A stretch of DNA of 64,000 nt from Felis catus (Eukaryota), in contig NC_058368.1 of assembly GCF_018350175.1 (NCBI RefSeq), positions 24,988,001 to 25,052,000 of the forward strand, in the 5' to 3' direction. Under the pieces are notes generated by a model that saw nothing but the letters and a program-made list of their open reading frames with translations, did no database searches and was not told the DNA's origin. This document shows positions 1 to 11,082 of this stretch, one piece after another; the first letter of the stretch is position 1, and every line of letters starts with the position of its first letter. A program made the position numbers and the translations under genes.

Positions 1-3000
1 TGCTTTAGATACCTCATGTAAATGGACTCATTTTGGTTTTTTGTGACTAACTTATTTCACCTAGCATGATGTCTTTAAGCTTCATCCATGTTGTAGCATG
101 TGACGGGATTGCCTCGCCTTTTAAAGCTGAATATCCCATTGCCTGTATATCCAATTCTCTGTTGGACAGATGGGTAACTTCCACCTCTTGACTGTAAATA
201 TCTCTCCAAGACCCTTCTTTTGATTCTTTGGATATGTACTCCAAAGTTGAATTGCTAAATCGTATGATAGTTCTGTTTTTAATTTTTTGAGGAAATTTCA
301 TACTGTTTTCCATACCCGTTGCCCCATTTTACAACCCCACCAACATTGTACAAGCGTTTGAGTTTTTCCACATCCTCACCAACATTTATTATTTTTTGTT
401 TTTTGGACAGTAGCCATCCTAATAGATGTGAGGTGATACCTCATTGTGGTTTTGATTTGACATTTCACTGATGATTAGTGATGTTGAGCATCTTTTCACA
501 TATTTGTTGACCATTAGTATATCATCTTTGAAATAATGTCTATTTAATTCTCTACCCAATTTTTAATTGAGTTATTGATTTTTGTTCTTAAGTTTTAGGA
601 ATCTATTATCTATTCTGGATATTAACCTCTTACCAGATATATGATTTATGAGTATTTTCTCCTGTTTATAGGTTGCATTTTCACTCTTTTGATAACGTCT
701 TTTGATGCACCAAAAGTTTTATGCTTGTTGTGGTCCCATTTGTCTCTTTTTGTTCTTGTTGCCTATACTTTTGGTGTCATTGCCAAGACGTTATTGCCAT
801 ATCCAATGTTATAAAGATTTTCTGTTATGCTTTTGTGTTGGAGTTTTATAGTTTTACATCTTACACTTAGGTTTTTAATCCTTTGGAGTTAATTTTTGTA
901 CATAGCATAAGATAAGGGTCCAGCTTTGGGGCGCCTGGGTGGCTCAGTCGGTTAAGCATCCGACTTCAGCTCAGGTCATGATCTCACAGTCTGTGAGTTC
1001 GAGCCCTGCGTCAGGCTCTGTGCTGACAGTTCAGAGCCTGGAGCCTGCTTCAGATTCTGTGTCTCCCTCTCTCTCTGCCCCTCCCCTGCTCATGCTGTGT
1101 CTCTCTCTGTCTCAAAAATAAATAAAAACATAAAAAAAAAAAAAAAAAGATAAGGGTCTAGCTTCATTTTTTTTTTTTTTTTTTTTTTTTTGGCATGTAG
1201 ATAGCCAATTTTCCCAGCACTGTTTTTTGAAAAGACTGTCTTTTCCCCATTGAGTGGTCTTGGCCCCCTTGTTAGAGATCATTTGATCATATATGCAAGG
1301 ATTTATTTCTGGGCCCTCTGTAGTATTTCACTAGTCTGTCTTTATGCCAGTACCACACTGTTTTGATGGCTTAGCTTTCAAATACATTTTAAAATCAGGA
1401 AATATGAGTCCTCTCACTTTGTTCTTCTATTTGAAAATTATTTTGACTTATTTACATGTCCCTTGGAATTCTATATCAATTTGGGGATGAATTTTTATAT
1501 TTCTATGAAGAATGCCATTGGGATTTTGATTGCGATTGTGTCAAATCTGTAGGACGCTTTGGAGAGTAAGGACATCGTAACAGTTTTAAGCCTTTCAGTC
1601 TGTGAGCATCTTTCCACTTATTTGTGTTTTCTTGAATGTATTTCAACGATGTTTTGTAGTTTTCAGTGTACAAGGTTTTCAACTGCTTGGTTAGGTTTAT
1701 TCCTAAAGTGTTATATTCTTTTTTTATGCTACTGTAAATGGAATTGTTTTCATAATTTCTTTTTCAGATTGTTTATTGTTAGTGTATAGAAACAACTGGT
1801 TTTTGTGTGTTGATTTTGTGTCCTGCGATTTCACTGAATTTATTAGTTCTAACAGTGCGTGTGAGTGCATGCACACATGCACATAACCCGTAGGCATTTC
1901 TACGTATAAGATCCTGCCATCTTAGAATGGAGACAATTTTACCTCTTCCTTTGTAGTTTGGTTGCCTTTCATTTCTTTTTCTTGCCTATTTGCTCTGGCT
2001 AGACCTTCTAATACCATGTTGAAAAGAAATGAGAGTGGGCGTCCTTGTTCCCAATCTTAGAAGAAAAGTTTTCAGTCTTTCACCATTGAATATGATGTTT
2101 GCTCTGGACTTTTCATAAATTGCTTTGTTAAGTTGAGATTGTGTTTTTCTGTTCTTAGTTTGTTAAATGTTTTTACCATGAAGAAGTGTTGAGTTTTGTC
2201 AAATCTTTTTTCTATACTTATTGAGACGATCATGTGATTCCTTAATTCTGTTACGTGGTACATAGTATATTGATTGATTGCCCTATGTTGAACCATTCTT
2301 GCATTCCAGGAACTAATCCCCCTTGGTCATGGTGTGTAATCCTTTTAATGTGTTATTCAATTCTATTTGCTAGTACTTTGATGAAGAGTTTTACATCATT
2401 TTTACATCATTATTCATCAGAAATAATGGTCTGTAGTTTTCTTGTAGGGTTTTTATCTGGCTTTGCTATCAGGGCCTCATAGAATAAGCTTGGAAGTATT
2501 CCCTCCTCTTTAGTATTTTTGGAAGAATTCCAGAGGACTAGTGTTACTCCTTTAAATGTTGATAGAATTCTTCAGTGAAGCCATGTGGTCAGGGTTTATC
2601 TTTGGGGGGAAGTTTTAGATTACTGATTTAATCTCCTTACTCATTATTGGTTTGTTCAGATTTACCGTTTATTAAATGAGTCAGTCTAGGTAGGTTGTGT
2701 GTCTAGGAATTTATCTATTATTTCTAGGTTATTGGAATTTGTGGGTGTACAATTTTTCATAGTATTGTCTTATTATCTTTTTTTTATTTCTGTGGCATCA
2801 GTTGTATTGATCCCACTTTCCTGATTTTAGTTATTTGAGTCTTCTTTTTTTTCTTGATCTAGCTAAGGATTTATCAAATCTTTTTAAAAATCCAGCTTAG
2901 TTTTGTTGATTATTTCTATTGTTTTTCTGTTCTCTATCTTGATCTTTGCTCTAATCATTATTTTCTTCCTTCTGCCAGCTTTGGATTTAGTTTATTCCTT

Positions 3001-3605
3001 TTGTAGTTTTTTGAGGTGTCAAATTAGGTTGTTAATTTGAGATCTTTCTTATTTTTAATGTATACATTTATCTATGAAATTCTTTTTAGCCCTGCTTTAG
3101 CTGCATCTCGTAAGTTTGGGTATGTTGTGTTTTCATTTTCATTTCTTCCAGGGTGTTTTCTAATTTCATTTGTGACATCTTTGACTCATTGATTAAGAGT
3201 CTGTTGTGTAATTTCCTTATATTTGAGGATTAAATAACATAACTCTTAAAACATAAGCAAAGTACTCAATAAATATACTCTTTATTTTCCTACTTTAATA
3301 ATAAATTGCAGTATGGTAATATATTAAAATGCCTTTCTATTTTCAGGTTTTCACTTTGTAAAACTTGAGTTCTATTTTTCTCCCTTGTGATCAGAAGAAA
3401 TACTTTGTATGATTTCAGTCTTGAATTTGTTAAGGCTTGTTTCATGGCCTGAAACATGGTTTGTCCTGGAGAATGTTCCATGTACACTTGAGAGGAATGC
3501 ATATTCTACTACAGTTGGGTGCAGGGTTCATATGCCTGTGAGGTCCAGTTGATCTACATAGTGTTGTTCAAACCCTCTGTTTCCTTATTGTTCCTCTGTC
3601 ACTTA
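1..3605 (-). mobile_element. Old LINE-1 (L1MA/L1MB-like): 3' UTR plus decayed ORF2, interrupted by a SINE and a templated insertion
   Basis: T-rich antisense L1 sequence. Minus-strand translations keep ORF2 remnants (NHMIVSISIEKRFDKTQHFFMVKT; HATTWMKLKDIMLGEIS). Subfamily is from recall. Confidence 0.85.
928..1146 (+). mobile_element. Can-SINE (SINEC_Fc-type), full length
   Basis: GGGGCGCCTGGGTGGCTCAGTCGGTTAAG head, (CT)n region and A tail. 18-bp TSD AAGATAAGGGTC(C/T)AGCTT at 909-926 and 1147-1164. Confidence 0.97.
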
Positions 3606-4094
3606 ATCAACATTAACTTTTTGGTGTAAATGGAATTACATAAAAGAGCCAGCCAGTGAAAGAGCTGAGACCCTTCTGAAAATCTGTGCATTTTAAACTT
3701 AATAACTGTGTCAGAATTTAGTTAAGTCACTGCATTAGTTAATTTAGATTGTATGTTTTTTAATAAATTCTTTCTCATCAGTCAGTTTTCCCTCTAATGA
3801 TGGTACTTCTTAAAGATCTGTTTACAAAACTGAAAAATAAGGAATGCTTGATTTTTAAAATTCATTTATTTAATGTTACTTGGGAGCAAATTGTTTTTTG
3901 TAAAAATTGAAGGTAATATTTTTGTGGCTCATAAAAATGCTTACAGATTTAATTGGGATGCTTTCCCCCTATTCATTTTTTAAATTAGTTTTCAAATTTG
4001 TCCTTTCATGAAATTAATATTTTCTCAAGAAAAAAAATGTAACTCTTTAGAGGGCTCTCAGTCTCTTTTCTTCTTGAGTTACAGCATGTTGGAG

Positions 4095-4292
4095 AATGCA
4101 CCAGCCTTGAAATTACACAAATAGGAACTTGTATCTTGGCTCTGCCAGTTACATGATGTGAGACGCTGAATAAGTTGTTTTCTCTGAGCCTCTCTTTCTT
4201 CAACTGTTAAACATGCCTGATATAGCCTCATAGGGTTGAGGTGAGGATGAAATGAGATAATGCTTTAAAAAATAAGCAAAGTACTTAATAAA
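4095..4292 (+). mobile_element. MIR SINE fragment
   Basis: MIR core-like TCTCTGAGCCTC...TAGGGTTGAGGTGAGGATGAAATGAGATAATGC. Confidence 0.75.
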
Positions 4293-4497
4293 TACACTGT
4301 GTCTTCCTACTTTAATGGTAAATTACAATGTAGTGATATTTAAAAATACCTTTCCATTTGCAGGTTTTCACTTAAAAATGTAGCCATAAAGATATCCTTT
4401 TTTTTTTTTCCCCCTGATGCTTATGCACGATCCTATTTAGAATCAGCTGTTAGTAATAAGGGCTTAATATGGGGGCGGGGGACTTAAGTACCTAAAG

Positions 4498-4652
4498 CAA
4501 TAGTGTCCGAACTTGAAGTCTATCGAGAAGTATTAATACCTGATTTCAATCCCCAGATTTTCCTATCTAATTAGTATGGGGAGCTGCCTTGATGTCTAGA
4601 TTTTTAAAAGCTCATTGGGTGATTGTAATGTTCATCAAAGTTTGGGAACATT
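4498..4652. mobile_element. MER5A-like hAT DNA transposon relic
   Basis: TTTTTAAAAGCTC...GGTGATTGTAATGTTCATCAAAGTTTGGGAACA resembles the MER5A terminus as recalled. Confidence 0.55.
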
Positions 4653-4659
4653 AACTACA

Positions 4660-5150
4660 TACGTTGGAATTTATTTTCTCATTTAAAGAAATTCAGAGGA
4701 AGGCAGTCCAAGACCGATAACACTGCTCGTTCCACCAAGTCACTGGGGATCCAGGGTAGTAGCTGTCTTCCTTTTGCATGCTTCCTTTTTCAGGGTTATC
4801 CCATGATCTAATGCGACTGCTGATGACTTAGGCTTTCCATCCATATTCCAGGCAGGAGAAAAAATGAAGGGAAGAAAGCCTTAATTTTCCTGGAAGTCCC
4901 ACACACTATTTCCTGTTACATCTTAATTGGCCAGAGTTTAGTTTCATGGCTACATCTAGAGAGGAGGGTGTCTTAGAAATGTAATCCTTTAAACAAAAAA
5001 AAAAAAACAAAAAAAAAAAAAAAAAGAGAGGGAGAGAAAGAAAGAAATGTAATCCTTTAGCTGAGCATATGGCTGACCCAAATAAAATTGGGTTTACTAA
5101 AGAGCAAGGAGAGAATGGATTGGGATAGCTGGTTGCAGTCTCTGCTACAT
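4660..5150. mobile_element. MLT1-type (ERVL-MaLR) solo LTR relic carrying a poly(A) insertion
   Basis: MLT1-like motifs (ATTGGCCAGAG...CATGGCTACA; ends GCAGTCTCTGCTACA). Confidence 0.6.
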
Positions 5151-5604
5151 TCATGCGATGCCATTTCTGTTCATTGTTTTTAAGTACCAATCTTCTTAAT
5201 TAAGTAGCAAGATTATTAGAGTTTTAAAAGCAGCATTACCTGACACTTTATCTGGGGTGCTCTGTGAACTGATATTTGTAATATTATTCGGGATAAATTA
5301 CCTACCTAGTAAGCAGTTAACTTAGCCTTATAAGTTCAACAAAGCCCAGCCTTTTCCCAAAAAATAGATTTTGGTGATAAGCTTAGTCCTTTCCTTGTCT
5401 TGATAAGAGATCATCTTGTACTTAGATGAGTCGATTTTTTTCTCTCCCATTATGGTGACTTGACTTAGAAGAACCAGAATGACCCTGTGAACTGTTGCTA
5501 GGACCTAATATCGTGTTAAATATTTATATTTAATATCGTGTTAAATAACACGACTGAATATCGTGTTAAATATTCTTGCTCATTTACATTTTAAGAAGTC
5601 TTTT

Positions 5605-5781
5605 GGGGCATCTGCGTGGCTCAGTCGGTTAAGCGTCCGACTCTTGACTTCGGCTCAGGTCATGATCTCAAAGTTCGGGAGTTCAAGCCCCACCTTAGGC
5701 TCTGTGCTGACAGAGCTCTCTCTCAAAATAAATAAGAATAAACTAAAATTTAAAAAAAAAAGTCCCAAATAACCCTGAAAA
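5605..5781 (+). mobile_element. Can-SINE with an internal deletion and an extra 3' segment
   Basis: SINE head and tail present, CT-rich middle shortened. TSD AAGAAGTCTTT at 5593-5603 and 5782-5792. Confidence 0.9.
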
Positions 5782-6350
5782 AAGAAGTCTTTATTCTTTA
5801 ATGGTTCTTGGTATTCTAATTTTGTTATTTTGACCCAGACATGATTTTTAACGTATGTCCCTGGTACTTCACCATTGAAATGGTAACATATTTTGTATTA
5901 TGAGAAACTGTGTACTACACAGGTTGATTTTTCATTTTCCAGTGTTTTTGGTGGCTGTCTCCACCAGGAGCAACAAGGTATACGTAGGACTCACCTGTTA
6001 CTTAGTATATAGAAAAATCTTAACTTGGTTTATTTTGTTTATCTAAAGAAACAAGGCAGCAGAGTGGGTACTGCTTTAGTGGGTACCTGAATTGCGTTGG
6101 AGTTCTGAAGCCATATATTGCAAAGTTGAGAAGGGCCATTTTGATTTAGGAGGTGTTCGTTTAATTTACAGGGGTCTTTTTTGAGGTGGATCTATTATTT
6201 TAATATATCTCCATTACTGTGAAAAGAGAACTTGTTCTCAAATATTGTATTAAGAATCTTTGTCATGCTTTCAGATTGGTGGGGTATGTAATTAAAGGTT
6301 AGCGTCTAAATTCCTTTTGGAGAAAATTGCCCTTTAAAATTAATGTAGAT

Positions 6351-6565
6351 GGGGGCGCCTGGGTGGCTCAGTCGGTTGGGGATCTGATTTTTGCACAGGT
6401 CATGATCTCACATTCCGTGAGTTCAAGCCCCACATCTGGCTCTGCACTGACAGCTCTGAGCCTGGAGCCTGCTTCAGATTCTGTCTCTCTCCCTGTCTGC
6501 CCCTCCCCCACTCGCACTCTGTCTCTCTCTCTCTCTCAAAAGTAAAATAAAAACATAAAAAACAT
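6351..6565 (+). mobile_element. Can-SINE
   Basis: GGGGGCGCCTGGGTGGCTCAGTCGG head, CT tract, A-rich tail, degraded TSD (ATTAA..TAGAT). Confidence 0.95.
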
Positions 6566-8425
6566 TGTTTTACATTAACTTAGATCTTGTAATGAGCTTA
6601 TTCGGAATATTCTGGTTATCAGGATGTGTTGTGCTTAAGTGAAAGTATGCTAATTTATTCAGTTATTGGGTATAGGGGTAGGCATTGTTCTAAAAGTTGG
6701 TGATGCAGCAGTGAACAAAAATGTTCTCAGAAGTTTTGTTTCTACAGGTAGAAGTAATATAGTAATCACGTGTATAGAAAATAACATTTCTCTGAATATG
6801 GACATTTTTTATTTTTCCAGGTAGAACTCGGAAGGCCTACTGGGTGTAGGGGATTGCTTACATTTCTTAAGGATGGTTCCCTACTTAGTTACTAGAAGAG
6901 TATGCGTATGTGTGGGACAGGTGGTGCAACAAGACCATATGGTCCTATGACTTAAGTCCTTCTCCCTGTCTTCCGGGTCTCATCTGAAGTCCACAACCTT
7001 CTACGTCAAGGGCTCCTAACCTGAGATCCATTGGTAGATTTTAGGGAATCTGCACATTTCTTGATTTGTGGGTATAATTTTACTGGCGTGTGTTTTGGCG
7101 AGAGGGAAAGTACCTATTCCTCCCAGAAAAATTCATGATTTTCCCCCTCTCTTTGCCACTCATCTGGCACTTGAGGATTTGAGTATCTTCCCCCCGCACC
7201 TTCGTTAGCCACGTCAACTGTGTTAAGAATATACTCCATTCCCAGAATATTTGTTAATTTGAATAGCACTATATTCTGTCATGTTTTGAAGAGAATAGTT
7301 TGGAGGCCATGGTTTTAGAAGAATGTTTCTAATCAGTGTCTTCCCATTTGACAGGTAGACTTTACTCAACTATGATTTATTTATGCAACATGGACTAAAA
7401 CCTGAATACCACTTGTTTATCCAAAAAAAAAAAAAAAAAAGCCTTCCAGGTTTTATTACTCTACTTTTAGAAAAATGTAGCAATTTCCCATTACATTTTT
7501 GTAAAATAAACTTTCCATGACCTGCTCTGTACAGAAGATGGTAACATCTTGATTACCTGGAATTCAACTAAATCATTTTTATTCTGTAATTTGTTTTAGA
7601 AGAGGTGTAGTACACAGAAAAATTATGTTCAAATTACATATTTAGTCAGAAAATCACTTGTGAAGGGAATATTTTGTGAGTATGAATATTCCTAACCTGT
7701 AACATCTAGATAATCCTAAAGTGGATATTTACAATGATGTTTCACTGGGCTTGTAATACTTTTCATCAGTGAAAATCCATATTCTGTATACATTGGTGAA
7801 TAAGGAGAGTGAACCAAATTATTAGTGTACTTTAAGAACAAAGGCTTAAACAAGGACAAACTTTTTAGGTTAGTAGTTAACCAGAGGACTTAGCTAGCAA
7901 TTGTATATAGCCCGTTCTGCTGGACATTTGGTTAAATATGGTTTTATTGATGGATAGTAATATGTCTTAATCAAGTTGTAGGATGCAGAATTTTGTGTTA
8001 AATGAGAAGAATGTAGCTAATCACTTAAAAAAAAAAAAAACACTTCATTATAATTACCTGAATATAGAAGTCTACTTCTTGATAGTACAAATGCTTGCAT
8101 GATGAGTCTTCCCCAGATTTCAAAGACAGATCTCATCATTCAAAACTTGTTGGCTTTGACTTCAATTTAGTAGAATAAGCAAATTATCATCAAATTGACA
8201 ATCTTATTTCCCCTTTCAGTGATTGCACACATTTATCAAAATAATTAAATCAAAATGTTTCAGACCTTTGACAAAGAATGTTATTTACTGGATTTATTCA
8301 GTATTTACTATTCATGTATAGATACCATGGTCTGGACTGGCACATCTCATCCTGTGGCCATGAGCCATAGGATAGGGAATAGTCCATTTGTTCACTGAGC
8401 ATGTTCTATAGACTGAAGTATAGTT

Positions 8426-8647
8426 GTTGTTGTTGTTTTTTTTTTAATTTTAATGTTTATTTTTGAGAGAGAGAAAGAGAGACAGAGTACAAGAGGGGGA
8501 GGGGCAGAGAGAGGGAGACCGAATCTGAAGTAGACTCCAGGCTCTGAGGTGTCAACACAGCCCGACACGGGGCTCGAACTCACTGATCACAAGATTACAA
8601 CCTGAGACAAAACTGGACACTTAACCAACTGAGCCACCCAGATGCCT
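8426..8647 (-). mobile_element. Can-SINE (antisense)
   Basis: Reverse-complement SINE. TSD CTGAA(G/T)TATAGTT at 8413-8425 and 8648-8660. Confidence 0.95.
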
Positions 8648-9324
8648 CTGAATTATAGTTTCTTGAGTAAATGTGCACTAATGTTGCTTGGCTATATATA
8701 GAGGATGGAAAAATACTACACAAACGTTACTGTACTAACTACTGTACTAACGTTACATTTCACACAGAAAAACATAGAATCATATAATGATCTCTTCATG
8801 TCCATCTTGTTTCATCTATACCTCTATATACCTCCTCCTGCATCCAGTATTATTTTGAAGCAAATCCCAAACATCTTACTACTTCATCTGTCTATATTGT
8901 AGAATATATCTCCAAAAGATCAGTACACTTAAAACTATATTATCAGTACACCAGTATCACACCTAAAAGAAAAAAAGGAGAATAGTATAACTTTAAAATA
9001 TAAAACTTAGAAGTATTGATGATTTCAATATCTTTTATAACATTTTCCCAATTAAGGGATATTAGCACAGGTAATCATGAAGGATATAAACACTTTTTAA
9101 TATTAAAATGGAACCTTTGTAGTCAGGTTAGGAATTGTTTATTTGAGGCATTTTTTTTTTTTTCTGCATTTGATTGAACCCTGTGTATAGACCTAAAAAG
9201 TGTCTTCATATGAATGTGATTTAGGCTAGAGATACAAAATTAAGGCACTTAAAGCAATATGTAATATAGCTGAATATAATTCTATAATGCACTAAGTTTA
9301 TGGTAGACTTGTGTTAAAAATGAG

Positions 9325-9438
9325 TTTTATTTATTTATTTATTTTAAGTAAGCTCTGTGCCCAGCTGGGGGCTTGAACTCTCACCATCCTGATATCAAGA
9401 GTCGCATGCTCTACTGACTGAGCTAGCCAGGTGCCCCC
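9325..9438 (-). mobile_element. Short tRNA-like Can-SINE lacking the CT tract
   Basis: Reverse complement reads GGGGCACCTGGCTAGCTCAGTCAGTAGAGCATGCGACTCTTGAT...GTTCAAGCCC, with a (TAAA)n tail and AAAATGA on both flanks. Confidence 0.85.
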
Positions 9439-10171
9439 AAAATGAAAGGGTTTTATAAATATCAAAATAACGCAGTCACATCGGGGGGGAAATAGCAATT
9501 TCACAATTTTTGGTCCAATTGATCCAGTTTGGGGCTTTCATAGATGGGATATTGGGAAAATTTGTTGAGCTCATTAGAGAGTTATGAAATCTAGAACGGT
9601 GTTTATGTCCATACAAATTGTACTTCTGTCTTTTGTCCAACATACTTGGTGAAATTAGAGACTTGAGAGGGAAGTTGTTCTCAAGCAGTTTCAGAGAGGT
9701 TTTCAGGAACAGGAGGTAGTTGGGAAAGTTCCAATAATTGGTCCCGTCAGAAGTGTATACCATGGTAAATGGAGGCCAGATATTCAATCGAGTAAAAATG
9801 TGGGGCTGCATAGTGGGGTTAATGAAAGGCACCCAGCTGCACCAGCAAAATCTATCCCAGTCTGGCTGTGGTTTGGTGGCATCTGGTGGTAGTTTTTTTC
9901 ACTGACAGTGAAATGACCTGTGACTGGATAGGACTTTCAGGACAGTGGCAAGGATTTCAAGAATCTCCCTTACTTGGTTACGCATTTTGCTGGCCTGAGC
10001 TTAGATGTTATGTCTGAGAAATGAGTCCAGAGCCTTGAGGACTTTTATCTTCCTCCTTCCCAAGACTGGATTGCTTGCTGTTTCTTGCTGTAGTCTGGTT
10101 TTCTCCCTCATCACCTCACCACCCCATCCCATCCCATCCCAGGAGAAAGTGATAACTTTAACTTGCTCCAG

Positions 10172-10251
10172 CAGGCAGAGGATAGGAGCCAGTTGCCTTC
10201 ATTCGAATGTCTCCATTTGAATGAAGGCAACTGGCTCCTATCCTCTACCTG
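10172..10251. repeat. Near-perfect inverted repeat (38-bp arms, 4-nt loop)
   Basis: 10172-10209 is the reverse complement of 10214-10251 at 36 of 38 positions. Confidence 0.97.
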
Positions 10252-10461
10252 GTGTGTGTTGTTTCTGGATTTTATTTTATTCGGAATACTGACTCTCTTA
10301 CTCCTAAAGCTTAAAAACAATCTTCTCATGTGTGCCAGGGATACCAAGTACTTGTCTCTTGTGACTTTCTATCACAATGGCGGGTACAGTTTTTAGTTCA
10401 CTAAGTCATGTGATTGAGCAAATCTGTGTCAGGCTCTTGAACAAGATTCTGAAAAATTCTA

Positions 10462-10632
10462 TTATCGACTCTTGATTACAGCTCAGGTCATGATCTCATG
10501 GTTCATAGTTCAAGCCCTGAGTCAGACTCAGCGCTGATGTTGTAGAACCTGCTTGGGATTCTCTGTCTCCTTCTCTCTCTGCCCCTCCCCTTCTCACTCT
10601 TCAATCTCTCTCAAAATAAGCATTTAAAAAAA
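10462..10632 (+). mobile_element. 5'-truncated Can-SINE
   Basis: CAGCTCAGGTCATGATCTC...CT tract...A tail, with AAAAATTCT on both flanks. Confidence 0.88.
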
Positions 10633-11082
10633 ATTCTTAAGCGATTTAAATGATAAATCTAGGTTTTAATAACATTGAAGGATGTGTTGATTTAAGGATT
10701 ATCTTAACAGTCTTTATTCTTAAGTTGAGGCTTCTGAAATTTCTTCATCGCAAAATGCAAAATTGAAATTGATCCAGAATTATGAGTACTCAGATTAGGG
10801 TTACTTGTTTTATGTAGAATTGGTTAGTTTGCTTGAATCAAATCTGTTTTACAAGTACATTATATATTTATGAGAAGATCTCTTTCAAAAGCTTCCCACA
10901 GACAAAAGTATTCTCCTCTTTTTGTAGATTGTTGACTTAAAAACGTTTCCCCTTGCAGGGAGTATTTATCACCTGCTGCAAAGGGACAGCAAACTCTAGG
11001 TTTAAAACAAGTCCTCACACAGAAGCATTTTCTCTCTCTATCTGATGTAATTATTTAGACAGGTAAAATCTTGCTAGATTTT

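Noticed and set aside
5507..5574. CRISPR-like repeat-spacer appearance
   Set aside because: Mammalian intron, 16-bp units with 9-nt spacers, and no cas genes.
9325..9438. Possible tRNA genes here and at 45472-45575
   Set aside because: A and B boxes are present, but with A tails, TSD-like flanks and no intact cloverleaf. They are short Can-SINEs.
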